Notes: generated by a model not told the origin, from the letters alone. DNA of 64,000 nucleotides from Cyanophora paradoxa CCMP329 (GCA_004431415.1 QPMI01000071.1:434001-498000), one strand, 5' to 3'; shown: positions 36,201-50,647, numbered from the stretch's first letter. A program made the numbers and translations.

Positions 36201-39200
36201 ACACTGTAGCACGCGTCGTCCAGAACGCACGGTGCCGGTGGTGGTTCCGGATGCGAATTCGTTCGTCTCGAGGTCTGGCGCTTTCTCATCGTCCGAACCG
36301 AGCAGCGAGCGGCCCAGAAGATTCCGGCTGTAACGAGGAGGGAATTCGAAGCAGTAAAATGAAAACCGTCGCACACGCATCAAAGCACTCGAACCGAGAG
36401 TGTACGTGGCGTTTAGAAGACCCGGAAGAGGCAGCTTGCAATTGCCTTTGGATCAGGCGTTTCTCGATCGGCCTTATAATAAATCGAATGTGCAGTCAGC
36501 CATCGTTACCATTGTGCAGGTACGTATACGAGGGGCCGTATATGCGCACACGACAGTGGCCACGGGGCAGAACTGCGTCTCTGAGCACGCTGTGCATGCA
36601 AGCGAGGCCTCGGCCGAAGAGTAGAAATTCTGCAGGCAGTGGAACCGTGAGGTCTATGGGGCTTCCGCAGGGAGTAGCTCGCTTCGCGCGCACCATAGGG
36701 CAAGCTTGGCAGTAGTCCATCGAGGCATCTCGAAACGTCCCTATGCACACATATTTCATGCGGTGCTCGCATCGAAAGGTGTCGATAATTGAAAAAGCTT
36801 CGGCGATGTCGAGCGCACCTGCAGGGCATGGCACGCAGCCGGTCTGCCCGTCGTTGCTCTCGTACCCAGCGTCGCAGGGCGTGCAGAAAGTCGCGGCGGC
36901 CGCCGAGAAGGAGTTCAGGGGGCATTGCTCGCAGTCCGTCGCGTTGTCGGAGAGATACGTCGACTCCCAGCAAGGAATGCAGTGCCCATTGTGCGCTACG
37001 TGGCCCGCGGCGCAGGGCTCGCACGCCAGAGACCCTGCAGAGACTTGTGAGTCAATGCGATCCGTGGTCGGTTTCGATGGGTGCGCAGACCGGGCTTGGG
37101 AGCGACTGAGCGGCTGTCGCAGGGCAGGCAGGAGCTCTCTTCCGTCCCTCGCGCAGTGCCTGCCTCGCAAATCGTGCACGACTGACGGTCGGCCATCGCC
37201 TCGTAGCCAGCAGGACTGCGGGGCGCCGACAAGTTCGCTGCTTAGAATGAAAGATGTAGACTTACAAAGCAATGAAAAGGCTCTGAAATGCGCGGACCAA
37301 GCTTGGCAAAACGCGGAGCCCGGCTCCTCCGAGAAAGTGCCCTGCGGTCACGCAACGCGCAAATTCCCGTCACTATTCGAATTCGAACATTTCTGGCTTG
37401 GAGCTCACAGGAGGGCACGGTATGCACGCCGAATCATTAGCAGAGCGATATGTTCCCTGCGAGAAGATATGGGAGCTCAGAGACATAGCCGCATGCGCAC
37501 GGCAGATCCAGCCTGGCAGGCAAATGTCAATCGCACACCGCTCGGCACGACGCGCAGTCTGCCTTATCAGGCGACGCCAGCGATCCCGCCGGGCACCGCA
37601 GGCAGGCCCCCGCGGTTCCGGCGGGAGCGTACGAGTCGACGTCTGGGGGGCAAAGCCGGCACGTGTTCTCTCCTTCGGCTTGATACGTCCCCTCGGGGCA
37701 CTGAAACGAAATTGTAGGTCACCATGTGGATGCCGTCGGCGCCAAGTAAAATGCAAGGCACACCCGCAGACATTCCGTTCTGTCATCGTCGGAGATAGAA
37801 CCCTGCATGAATTCGAGTCGGCGATTGTCACGCAAACTGACTCACTTGCAAGCTCGCAAATAATGATGATCACCGCCTCGCAACGACGGCACGAGGATGC
37901 TCCGGCGTTCGGTGCAATGAACCCCACCGGACACTAGCGCACGGTGAGAGCAGCTTACGGACCAGGGCCCAAGGCCTGGGCATCAGCGTGCGTGCGCACC
38001 AGCTCGCAAAGTGTGCCGTTGCCTCGGGCGCTGCCTGCAGGGCACGGGAGGCAGAGCTGAGAATTCGGTCCTGCCATCATTCCGGGCGGGCCTGGAGCCA
38101 GAGTGAGTGCAAAAAAAACCTCGACTGTTGTACTGTTTAAATGAGAGATGAACGCTGTCGGTCGCACAATCGCTGCAGTCTGTTGCACCTGGATCGAAGC
38201 AATGGATCGGTTAGCTCTCGCGATCGTCGAGAAATAGCGGATCAGCCTCACCCCACGAGCTGACTTGCGTGGGGCTGCACCGCGAGCACACCGAGGCCCC
38301 CGGATACGGGAGGAAAGTACCGGGGGTGCACAGCAGGCAGGGCGTCGACCACCCGACGGTCTGGGTCTGCGCGCAGGGCAGCTTGAGTAAGTTCCACTGA
38401 ACGGTACAAGGGTAAAACGCTTAAAGAGGAGTAAATTAAAGAGAGCGACGTGCGTAGGAGTTGTTCGCGCAGGGGAGACAGCCCTCGGGCCCCTGCTGGA
38501 TCTTGTACGTGTTCTGCGGGCAGGCTGTCCAGAGAGCCCGGTCAAGGGTGATCGGGTTAGCTGTGGACATAACAAAAAGAATCCATTGGCAAATAAGCCA
38601 GTAAATTGCGCACGATAACATGACGCTGAGCCCTCATCTGAGTGGGAGCCTGAAAGGAAACCGCACGCACAGTTATCATGATACTCTCTCGATTTGCAAT
38701 GCAGAAGAGAATTCAGCTCGTACCTGGAGGACACGGCAAACAGTAGGCTAGGGAAACAAACGCATCATAAGATCAGATCTATGGGACAAGAATTGCAAAC
38801 ACTCAGCTAATTAACGATACGAATACGCACTCTTGTTCGGTGCTTCGAACTCGCCTTCGGCACACCTGAAAAGCTTTCCGTGAGTGCCGCTTAAAAATTA
38901 CGACTCGTAATGCTGGCTCACAAGTTCGCGTGGTGCTCGGTGAGAAGACCGCGCTCGTTGCTGACATACCCTGCACCGCGCGATGCCAAATAAGTCGATT
39001 GAATTTTGCTAAACAACGCAGCGTGTGATTCGCACTCGCCTGGGGGCAGAGGAATACAATCGTCGCCGGTGGCATCCGAGAATGACTTCACGTTGAACAT
39101 CTGCAAGAGAGTGATCAGTAACGTTGAAGATCCCGTAAACAGCATCAACTGCGTTGATCGACAGAGACAGAAACAACGCCCGGACCTCTCCAGGCCCGCA

Positions 39201-42200
39201 GTCTATGAAGATCCGTATGACGAGCGGCCTGCGATCCAGGTTTCAATTCGCAACAATCAGCATTGCAGTTGGAAGTCAGTAGTGTGCGAGCTTAAAAGCG
39301 CACGGCGATGCTGCCCAGAGCACAATATAGCCCTCGGGCTTGAGCATAGAAGGCTCCAGATCTGCGGGCATTTGCTGGATCTTCAGCAACTCAAACGTGT
39401 CGTCCGCTTCGGTGTAGTCCGTGAGCGCGTAGCCGCCGCGGATGCCGCCGGGCAGCGTGAACGCCAGCCGCCCCGATTGCAATACCGGAGCGTCCGCATT
39501 CGCGACCTGTAGCGAGCGCAAGCTCAACTTTTGTGGAACCGTTCGCAATGTATGGTTTTCGAAGCCCCGAGACGGTTAGAGCGCACGTGGTACAGGACCG
39601 ACTCGGGAGCCCGGGCTGCATCGCCAGAGAGCCTCCTCGCTGGCTCTGGTCCTAGGAAGTCTTCGTACGGGTCCATGCTGAATCTATCCGTGTTAAAATT
39701 GACGTGCTCCTCGAGCGCGAAGTAGAGCGCTCCGTTTGCGTAGACCGCGGTCGGCACCTGTGGAGGAACGGCCCATTCGCAATTGCGATGCTCAGATTTC
39801 GGCGAAATTCGAGCGCGCACCGAGTGCCAATGAAGAAGGCTGGGAGAGTAGTCGGGGCGAAACTGACTGCAATCGGCAGGGCTGCAGGAGGGGACGCGCG
39901 ATTCGATTTCACCGCCCAGCCCACTGAAGCCCGGCCCGGGTCTCCGCAGCCTGGTCTTCGTCAATCACCGGTACCCCCGCTTTTTGCGAAATCGCAGAAA
40001 TTTGGAAGAAATTCGGCGAACCTGATGATCTCGTCGGGGCACACGACGAAGGAGAATTCCTTCTCGCCCTCTACGAACTTGCACTCCATAAGCTGCTCAT
40101 GCCACGCAGAGTTAGTGCCGCTGCGTGCCGCATGCGCGGTCGATGATGGTGCAAGCTGGGTGACGCACGCCAATACCCGGACCCGCGATCGTCGGCCTCT
40201 CGTTCTGGATAATCTGGGATCAGGCACAACGTTAAAGCTGATACGCGCGATCTTGCAACTGAGACCTAAAGAATATTGCAGACCCAGTTGTCGACCCACG
40301 GAAGCTCCCAGCGCCGGAGGATCAGCGGCGGCCGCACGAGGCGAGCCCCTTCCCCGGTCGCCGGGTCGACGCTCGGGTCGAGCCCGAAGCGCACTTCGAA
40401 GCTGTACACCGCAAAGACGTGCTGGATTGTGAGGCTCGGGCAGTCGGCAGGTTCGAGCGGGCCGTCGGAAAATCCTTTTCCAAGGACCCACTCGTAGCAC
40501 CTCTCTTGCAACTTTGCCGTGTCGCTGTCGTTGTGCTGGCCCCGCGAAGGGAACAGGGGCGCGCGGAGGAGGACGTGGTACGCGATGGGGCCGCCTGGAC
40601 GGGAGGGGGGGTCGACGGCGACGGCCAGCGCGGAGGCGTGCGGGGGCAGGGAGCCCAGCCCGTTTTCGTAGAACAACGGCTCGTTGTCTGCGGTCTCTTC
40701 CATCATCGGGTCATCGTACGAGTACGAGCCCTCGATCACTGGAGGCCACCTTGAGAAGCGAGGTATAAGCTTAAGCGGCGAGCTCGACAAGTATCTTCGC
40801 AAATGGGTGCGCTCACGGAATCTGCTCTGCGCGGTAGAGGATGCCGCCGCCGGCCGACGTGAAGCCCGCCCCGTCCTCCTCGAGGAGGCCCGTGTCGAGG
40901 TGCAGGTCCGAGGAGACGTTGAGCGTGCAGAGGCGCGCCCGCGGCACGACCTTCTGCAGGCGCTCCGTGCCGTTGTACTCGTACACGCTGCGCATTGGGC
41001 AGTGGACTGTCGTTGACGCGTACGTAGAGAAAGATTGATTATCGGGATTTGAAGGACCCCTCAACATTGCACGATTACCTTGCGAAATAGACGATACCGC
41101 GGTTCCACAGCGTAAAGACCTGCGACTGCATGACGCGCTGTCCGCTGATGTCGTAATCGCGATAATATCCTTCAGAAACTTCCACGATATTTTCGTCTCC
41201 AACTTCGGCGTTTTATTTATGCATGATCATGAGCCGAGAACGGAGGCGAAATAAATTAAGGGGCGAGGCGCACACGCAGCGCATCCGAGGGCGCTAGCCG
41301 TATCGATGGGGTATACGCCTTGCAGGCCCCTCGGGGATCGAGTGCCCAGGACACTGCTCCAGTACGCGAGAGCCTCCGCCTGTTATAATTACCAAGCGTG
41401 AGCTCAGATCTAGATAATATAAAACGAGTTTACATCCAGCTCAACAAGCGTAGCTATAGGCTTAGATGACACGAGCTCGAGCATATCGGCCACTCACGTG
41501 GATCGTGTACAGACTGGGCGCGGGGAGAGTTGTCGTGATTACGGAAGTGGTTATGAAGCCAACGAAAGCGTTCCCAATCGCTCCCAACCATTGCACCGCG
41601 CAGTCTCTGAGAAGGCATAGATGATCGTGAGTTGAGCTCGGCCACAATATCTGCTGTTAAGCGGGCATATATAAAGCTGCTGTTAACGGGCACACTCCAT
41701 ATAGACCATATCAACTGCCAGCGCGAGCGTCTGCGAGGAATCGCGGTCGGTCGCCGCGCCATGATCAGACACGCCCGCAGACAATTGAGAAGCTTGAGCC
41801 GCTCACAGAACGCAAGACCATGCGCTCCCAGATGTAGTTTCTCCAGCGACGATCCACGCTCATTCGAAGCAGGTACTGAGCCCTGTGCTCAATAGTACAT
41901 TATCAAAATTGGAGAAGCTATTGAGAAAATCTCATTGATAATAACAAACGACGCAAACCTGAAGCATGGAACGTACTCGTAGTAACTCGCTTCCGATATG
42001 CAGTTTGGTTCAAAGAATTCCTCTTTCGTGAAGTCTATAACGTAGGTGCCATTTTTTCCTCTTTTCCATTCGCTCCCAATGCATCCCACGAGCTCCGCTG
42101 GGACTGCAGACATGTTTCCGGCGAGCCAATTGACTTCCTGTCGGCAGCAAGTTAAGCACGGCAGAGTCCGAGCAGAGTTGCGCCCTTGCTATTAATATTG

Positions 42201-42665
42201 GGACGCACGCACCTTACAGAATGGTCCTAAAATGGTTTTGTCGTCCGTTTCGGGCGGCTCCAAGAGCTCATTCTGTTGAGAGTAGTCGAATTGGATCAGC
42301 GAGGCCTGGAAAACGAAGCGAGCGTGCGGTCGTTAACGATAGCGACGAGCGAACCCGCGGGCTGAAAGGCGTGAAAGAAGAGAAGGACGCAGTCACCAGG
42401 GTACCGGAGAACTGTGCCGGCGCCGAATTCACGTTAGAGATGAGCGATGAATGAAACCCGCAAGCGATCACAAACCGCCGGAAGCGGGATCGACAGCAAG
42501 CAGCGGTCGAGCTCCAGAGAGAATTCTGCACATTGCAAAAGCGTGAGTGCTATCCGGTTGCAGCGCGTGAGCAGCGTTTAAAGCGCGATAAATACCGCAG
42601 AAAAACATCTCCAAGTCGCCGCTCGGCGTTTTCCTGCGATTGCATGAAACAAAAATCATGATCAT
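33283..42665 (-). CDS. Large membrane protein: unrecognised N-terminal ectodomain, GCC2/GCC3 (ephrin-receptor-like) Cys-rich repeats, three predicted TM segments, Pro-rich tail; start uncertain
   Basis: Many C..CPAG(T/S/Y)-type repeats (~36680-39090). TMs VFFLFGLIGASVTGAMLIYGILLYVYL, SFFTAFSIAFTFVAVAFVFVQF and TILDMLANLASL..GAAMGTVAQIFLVYVF. Exons traced to at least ~42275; the true start is unresolved. Confidence 0.7.
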
Positions 42666-43394
42666 TAATATTCCGACACAGTCGCTAGTCGCTAGTCGAT
42701 ATATATATCGATATCGATCGCGATGTCATTGCCTTCGCTTTTGCGGGACTGCTAGGCTATATATGCGCATGCGCACCGGTTTGCGATGAAAGCGAACCAC
42801 TGCCAGTCCGCCTAAATCTGCAGCTGCACCCGCGCCCGCGCCCGCTGTACATGTGCAAGCCGCAGCTGCGGCATGCATATGCGGCTGCAGCTGGCGACGA
42901 CGCCGCACATAGGCACACGCTCGCACGCTGCCGATGCATATGGAGCCGCGTCGCCTGCGGCTGCGGCTGCAGCTGACGAGGCCGGTCATAGCTATAGCTA
43001 TAGTGGCCGTGCATATTCAGACGAAGATCAAGGGCGCGCGGGGTGCGTGCCGGCTCCATTGCCAGATGCTAGCGCTTGGCAAGGGCCAGCTGAGGACGAA
43101 CGTTAACGCTAAAATCGACCGATCGACCTCTGGGGCCGTGGCCGCGCCTGCATGCGCACAACTGCAGGAGCGCTGGCGATGCACACTCATGCACAACCGC
43201 CAGTACAGGTCATTACGATCGAGCGAATCTGTGCAGCCGGCAGGCGGACGTATACTTATACGGGACTCACAGGCTGCAGAGTTCTCGATATCCGCCGCGG
43301 CAAAACTACTATAGCTAGGCTAAACGTAGGGCAACGTATACGTAGCTAAACTGCCATACTAGTAGCCCGGGGCCTAGTAGTAGCCGGCCGCGGA

Positions 43395-44389
43395 CACTAG
43401 TAGATAGGGGGGGGAAGTGACATTATTCTGACATTACTCTGACATTATTTAAAATGTCAGAATTCTGGTCGATTTGGCTGGATAAAATAATGGGAAGCGA
43501 TTGGCGAGAAACTGAAGCGTTTAATACTAGCTAGTATGCATCTTGATGCTAGAATAAGGCTCAGTTTCGTGCGGATCCGGTACGAAATTTTCCTAGATGT
43601 ATGGCCATACAAAGGCGACGAGGAAAAGGCCAGTTTCGCGGCGAGCTAGCCGAGCTAGCAGCGCGCCCGGCCGGCGTCTTATTGCTCCAGCGTTCGAGTC
43701 CCGGGAAGGGCAGTTGGGGGGAGCGGGGGGGCCTGGGCGGGCCTTGAGCTGCCTTGCGCTGTCGAGGGCTGAAGAGGGGGCCGGGGCGCAGCGACCCCCG
43801 AGGCCAACTTCTGCACGGCGAGACATTGGCGCGAAACCAAAAATTTCCCTGCTCTAGATTGCTCTAAACTGCACTTCTGACGTGCTCAGTTTCGCGCCAA
43901 TCGTTCGCTGTGCTCCGCTAGAATTTCGGCTGGACATGTATGGCGGAATGACATTATTCTGACATCATTCTGACATTACTAGACAGCGCGAGACTTGACC
44001 TTCAAATGCTAGAATCAGCTCGGAAACTAGGCCGGCGGGCGTCCCCGGCCCAACATTTAGCGTCAGGCGGTGCTCTTTCGATGATGAGTGTCCGCTTGCG
44101 CCGGTTTAATGTCAGAATAATGTCAACATGCCCGATATTATCTTGACTTTACTTTGACAATATATATTGATACACTGTACTGTGACTTGAGTACTGCACT
44201 GGTACTGTACACTGTGACATCTGCTTGAAACAGCGCTAGCCAGGAGCGCTAGCTCTGCTGTACATCGGTTAAATGAAAGGTGAAAAGAATCGGGTCTGAC
44301 ATTATATCGGTTATATATCGGGTCTGACATTATAAATAATGTCGGAGTACTGTCAGAATAATGTCACTTCCCCCCCCTATCTACTAGTG
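43395..44389. mobile_element. Non-autonomous CACTA (En/Spm) DNA transposon
   Basis: Perfect [42 protein letters not shown] at both ends. GGA TSD at 43392-43394 and 44390-44392. Numerous direct and inverted TGACATTA subterminal repeats. No transposase ORF. Confidence 0.93.
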
Positions 44390-45059
44390 GGAGGCCGCCG
44401 GGCGTTCAACGGCTGCAGGCCTAGGCCTAGGCCTGAGGGTTAAGCTTCAAGGCTTGCGTATCGTAGTACTAGCTATATAGGCTAGTCACAGTAGTATGCA
44501 TGATCGCATGCGCAGGCCAGAAGGAGTCGACGGTCGCAGAGTCGACGCAGACTCGCAGGCCCGCGGGCCGAGCTCGAGGCTCATCAGGCCGCTCAGCGGC
44601 TCGCAGCGAATGCCGCAGACTGCCCGCAGTGCGCGGCAGCTTCCGAAGTTCAAGGCTTAATTGCTACTGCCGGGCCAGTGCCAAGTGCCAACCCACTGGA
44701 ACCCAGTGCCGGGCCGGTTGTTGCCGCAGTACTAGTGCGCCGCAACTTGCGCGCCAGCTACACTGCCGCGCGCAGTGCCGCACCGGCCGCCGGGGTACCA
44801 TCGCATCATCGATTCGCATGTCACATTTTTTCTCGCGAGTAAGTACTTGAAGAACCTCCTTGCAGGCTAGCCTGGCTAGGCCAGGCTGGCCTGTGGGCTC
44901 CTTCACAGGCTCCGTAGGCTCTTAGTAGGTTACAAGAGCAAAACCGAACTTTCGTTTATACAGAAGTTGTACTTTGATAATTACAAAACTATGTTCATGA
45001 TTCATGATGTTGAGGAACAGAGTCAGGTCACGACTCAGCCTCACTTACTAGTAGGTAGT

Positions 45060-45670
45060 AGGTGGGGCGAGCGGCCGCGAGCCCCGGCCCCCGGCCCCCC
45101 GCCGCCGGGCCGCCGGCCCGGGCCCCCGCCGGCCCCCGGGCCCGCGCCCCCCCCCCGGGCGGGCCGGGCGGCCCGGGCCCCCGTACTACGGTAGCCTAGG
45201 CCCTATAGGGCCGTCACGGCGTAGGCTGCCGTAGCCTCCTCGAGCTCAGCCCTCCTGCCAGGCTGGCCCGGCCCCCGAGTCCTGGGCGGTACTACGGTAG
45301 CCGCTGGTGGGACTCGGGCCCCGGCGCCGCCGGGCCGGGCCGACGGGCCGGCGCCCGCCCCGGGCGGGCCGGGGCCGGGGCCCGGCCCCCGGGGCGGCGG
45401 GGCCGGGCCCCGGCCCGGCGGGCCCCGAGCCCCGGCTCCCGGCCCGGTGGCGCCCTGCCGTGGTGCACCCCGTCCCGGGACCCCGCGGCCCGGGCCCGGT
45501 CCCCGCGGCCGGACCCCGGCTCCCGGGCCGGAGTCCCGGCGGCCCGGCGGCCGGGCCGCGGCCCGCGGGCCGCGGCTCGAGCCGGCGAGCTCCCGGGTCC
45601 CGCGCGCGGCCAGGCCGGGCGGTGGGCGGGGCCCTAGTTGGAAACGGGGTAGGGCCCCCGGCCCCCCGTA
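45060..45670. repeat. Extremely GC-rich low-complexity tract (GGCCC/CCGG-rich)
   Basis: Degenerate GGGCC/CCCGG repeats, with GTACTACGGTAGCC occurring twice. No credible exons. Confidence 0.55.
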
Positions 45671-46191
45671 TTCGGTAACTTACAAAACAACGAGTCGCGC
45701 AGCCTGCGGCGCAGGCCTAGGCCTATAGCTAGGCCTACTCCGTTTCCGGTCCAACCGGCGGCCGGCCCAGTCAGAGCCCGAGCAGCGCTCGAGGCCGCCG
45801 GCGTGTTAGTATCCGCCCTCCTACCGGTAATAGCTACTAGTATAGTATCGGCCGGGCTGGGGCCGCTGGGCGGCTGCCAGCCAGTGCCAGGCAGTGCCAG
45901 CTGCAGCTGCAGCTGGGCGGCCTGCCAGCCAGGCTGGGACCTGGCCCTGGCCCCCCGCCCCTGGCCCCTGGCCCATGGCCAAGGCCCCTGACTGCAGCGC
46001 GCGCCGATCGCGAGACTGCAGTGACTCGAGCTCGGCGACTTCGCACGTGCACCGCGCCGAGACTGCAGTGACTACTTCGCACGTGCACCGCGCACTGTTT
46101 ACTTGCTGGTACTTGCTGGTCCGCTGGGCCTACTCCGGTCCGGTACCTGGCCTGGAGCGGCGGCTCCGAATTCGAATCCGGATCCGAATCC

Positions 46192-49100
46192 TCACCTTCC
46201 TCCTCGGCCGGAGCCTCGCCCGGCGACGGCCGCGGCCCCCGGCCCCGCCTCGACGCCCCCCTCCGCATTCTCCGGATTCTCCCCGCCGGCCCCAGCCCCC
46301 TTGAGCGTGCGGCCGCGGGGCTGCACGCCGGCGGCGCGGGCGGCGCGGGACTCGCGGAGGAGGGCCTCGAGGCCCCCCGCGTCCTCGAACCCGACCAGGG
46401 CCGAGCCCGAGCCCGAGGCCGGGGCCGAGGCCGGGGCCGAGGAGGGGTCCCGCAGGGGCCGGCTACGGAGCGCGTAGTACGCCTCCAGGTCGTCGCACCT
46501 GCCGGCCGATCAAATCGAGGGGTCAACCCGAATACTTCGGTGCGAAATTTCGATCTAAGGGAAATTGTAGGAGTGATCTAGATCTTCAAGTGCATTAATG
46601 CATTAATCAGGAACTTATAATTCGAAGGGGCGTGGACGCACGCCTCGGCGGCGGCGGAGGCGGCGCCGAAGAAGGCGCGCGCGGCCGCGAACATCGCCCG
46701 CACCCGCTGCCCCCGTCGCCGTCATGATCAGAATTGAGGCCGAGGCCGTGGAACCGGGCTCGGGAAAATTTTAAGCAAGACAGCTTGAAGCGAAGCTTGA
46801 ACTTAAAACTTCGATTTCCTGATCATGAGCTTTCCAACGTTGAAAGCTTTAACTCGAAGCTCTACCAAGCTTTAATTTCCCGAGGTAGAAGCTCTAACCA
46901 TAACTTCAGCTTGGAGCTTTCCTAAGCTAAGATGGAATGAACTATATACAATTAACGTAACGGGCGCACGGAGTCGAGGACGGGGAGGGAGGGCGCGAAG
47001 GAGGGCCGCAGCAGCGCCGACTCCTCTGCCGTCGCCAGGTCTGCCGCGCGTGAAAATCGGCACCGGCACCGCGCGGCGCGCGAATCGAAACTCGCAACGG
47101 CGGCGCGAAACTCCGCGAAAATTCGAGCGGGCCGGGTTTTATATATTTGTTTATTGATTTGGGTCCCGAGCGGAGCGCACCGAGCGGAGGGGGAAGGTAA
47201 AGGGCGTGGCGGCGGCCGGCGGAGGCCCGCGCCGCGCCGCCCTTGATCTTGCGCCGCTTGGCGGGCCGCTCGCCCCCCGGGCCCCCCCGGGCGCCGCCCT
47301 CCCCGCCGGGCGCTGCAGTGGCTGCCGGCACCGGCGGTGCCAGCCGCCGCATTGCGATGCCGCCGGACGATGCCTGTGAAAATTGCGAATCATTAAAGTA
47401 GAAAGGAAAGTTCTCGATTCACAATTTAATTTGTTTCCCAAGACCTTGAAGAAGAAGCTCAACAAAATTAAAGACAGCTTAGATGCGTCGATAAATATCG
47501 ATAAGAGCTCCGAAGGGCTCAGATATATGAAGGGTGAAGGCACCTCGTAGAAGGGGCGGGCGGCGATTGGGTCGGGCGGCTCGAGGAGGGGCCACGCCGC
47601 CGCATGGCTCCGCAGCGCGCGCATCAGCGCCGCCGCCTCGAGCCGGAACTGCTCGCATCGGATCAGATCAGATCAGATCGGATCGGATCGGATCAGAAGT
47701 CGGGTCGCGCCTGGGCGGCGAGGCGCGCGGAGGCGGCCTCTGGGTCAGCCTTTTGTCGCTTCTCTTTGGCCGGCGCGGTTTCGGGTTCGGGCCCGGGGGG
47801 AGGCGGCGGGGCCGGCGCCGGGACCGGCGGCGGCGGCGGCGGCGGCGGAGGCCGGACGCAGCCGCGCGGCAGGGTTGCGCGGGCCGAAATGGGCGGTCTG
47901 CGGGCCGGCCCGGCGGAGAGCGGGCTGCGCTCGGGCGCGGGCGGCGCGGCCGCGGGGACGCGGGGGGCGGAGGGGACGGGGGCGGGGAGCCCCTGCCTCG
48001 CGCCCGCGGCCGCGGCGGGGCCGGGAAGCAGGAGGGGCGGCGGGGCGGCGCCGGCGGCCGCGGGCGCTGCCGATCCGGAGCCGACGCCGACTGGGCTCGC
48101 GAGGCGGGCCTCGGCCAGCGACTGTGCAAAGCAAATCATTAGCGCAGGCGGTGGCTCAAGACGAGCATTAGAATTCTCAAAGGATTATAATTAAAATGCG
48201 AGTGAAGACCTGGGCGAGGTCGCCGGTGGGGGAGGCCGCCTCGGGAGACGCCTTTTTCTTCTTCTTTGCCGCCGCTATCGATGTCGAACCGTATCGGAAC
48301 TGGAGAGCGGAGGTCTTGGCCTTGGCGGCCGCGGCCGCGGCTGCGCGTGCGGCGCGCAGCACTCGATGTGAGCTCGCCCCGCGCGAAATTAAAGCCTAGC
48401 CGAAGCCTAGCCTGTAGTCTGCTCTCCTAAACGCTCGCGCACGGATCGGGCCGGTGTGGACGAGGAGGGCGTCGGGGAGCGCCGCGATGCGCCCCCGCAC
48501 GAGCTGCGCCGAGCCGCGCCGCGCGAACGTTAACGTAATCGCGGCTCGGTAATTTAAAATCGCGCTTAAAGCTCAAGCCACCCGCAGTGGCGGCGCCGGC
48601 ACCGGGCGGGCACCTGCTTGGCGGCAAGGACGGCGGGGGCCAGCGACGCGCGAACGTTAACGCGGCTCGGTAAAATTGCGCCTGCATCTAAATCTAGAGC
48701 CACCCGCAGTGGCGGCGGGCACCTGCTTGGCGGCAAGGACGGCGGGGGCCAGCGACGCGAACGCGAACCGCGCTCCCTTCGCACGCGCAGCGCCGGCGAT
48801 CGGTTACAGACCTAGGCCGCGCCCAGGCATAGCCTAAGCTTAGGCCTAGGCCTGGGCCGCACCCCGCAGGCCTCTGGATCCGAGCTCCGGCCCTGTCCGC
48901 GGCCAGCGCCAGCGCCGGCGCCGGCGGAAGGGAGGCGGGCCTCCATGAGGCGCGCCCCGCGGTACTCCTTCACGTGCGCCGCCCAGACCTGGCGATCGCG
49001 AGCCGCTTGATCAGCGCCAGCGCTCGAACTCCGGATCCGGATCCGAAAGAAAGGCGGCAAATAGCTATAAATAGGGCCTCGAACTTCAAGGCCAAGTTGG

Positions 49101-50607
49101 AAAGAAATATTAATGGAAACTGAGATATGATATAGCAGCGACGTAGACACGTTTCAAGGGGTAAATCGCGATTGGGTTCATGGGCTTCTAGCACCAAATT
49201 AAAGGGAGAGTGGGTGACGGGCGAGGTCACGACATGTACATCCGAAATCGAGCTCGAGGCGGCAAATTCGAAGGCGGCGTCACAACGGCGTTCTTAAGCT
49301 TCTAGCTACACATATATATAGCTGTTGGCTCTAAATTACTTGACCGAGTCAGGGGGGAGAGGGAGGGCGAGGGGAAAGGCTAGTGGAAATAGTTATAAGC
49401 TTCAGGAGGAGGGAGGGTGGCGCCGGTGTTTGCCGGTGACTCCTTTTAGCTTTAGCCGCCGCACTCCCGAGTCAGGAGGGAGGGCGGCCGCGCACGTCTC
49501 GGGGGAGGGTGACGGCGGCGGTGAAGCCCTGCTTGCGGAAGTACCCCAGCGCAAACTCGTCTGCGTCGATGTTCAGACGCGCGCGTGAAAATCATAATCG
49601 ATGTATGTTAATATAGGCGGCGAGGAATATATGTGTGTGTTCATCAATCATATGCATAATAAGCGGAAAGGGGACTAGTAGACATAATAAGAGGAAAGGG
49701 GACCACCGCGAACTCGTCTGGCGGGCGAACAGTTCAGACGCGCAATATTAATACGAGGATCGAAATCATAACCGATGCATATATGATAAGCGGCGAGGAA
49801 TAATTATCGATGTTATAGGAAAAGGGGGACTGCTGCTCCGGGGCCGGACCGGCGAAGGTGAGGAGGTGGGTGTGGCCGGAGCGGCGGAGGCCATCCTTCA
49901 GGTGGCTCATCATGCGCGTCCCCAGGCCCTGCGCGCCCGGCCCGCGGCTCGAAATCAAAGAATCACGAGGCTCGAAATCAAAGATTCGCGAGGCTCGAAA
50001 TCAAAGATTCGCGAGGCTAGAAAAAGAAGCATCGATGTAGAGGGGACGCCGCCCCGCGCGCGGCGTTCTGGCGCGGCGCCACCGCGAAACGAGCGGCGTC
50101 ATATTATTTGACGCTTTAAAATTTCGCAACGTGCACAGCGCGCGCCCCGCAAAGAAGCCTAAGCGAAATCTATCTCGGTCTCCATCTCGGTTTCTAGAGA
50201 GCGAAATCGTTCGCGGACTCCAATGCGGAGTTAATTTTGGCTGCACGTATTCACCGCGAAATTCGCCGCCATCGCACTCTCGATTTATTGTGTTATACAC
50301 TCTCAGCGCAAAACGCATTCTAGGATCGCCCTTGCGAACCGCTCGATATAATTGGCCGCCCATAAGTCGACATACAGCGCGCCCTATCGATATTTCGCAC
50401 CTGGACCTGGTGTTCCTTCAGGACAGCGCAAAGTGCCACCTCCGCAAATCGGACCTGCGGCGCAGCCGGGCGCGAAATTTTATGCTTTAATTTAATAAGC
50501 TTGCTAGGAGTAAATTTGAATTGAATTCAATAAGCTTGCTAGGCACCCCCTTGGAGTCCACGGATCGGTACGTGATGGCCCCCGCGACGCCGCCACCGGT
50601 ACCGCCG

Positions 50608-50647
<40 letters not shown>

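Noticed and set aside
41280-41600. AEALAYWSSVL resembling leishmanolysin (M8) proteases
   Set aside because: I found no HExxH motif in the traced exons.
49946-50020. 23-bp unit repeated three times, superficially CRISPR-like
   Set aside because: There are no spacers and no cas genes; it is an intronic minisatellite in a eukaryotic gene.
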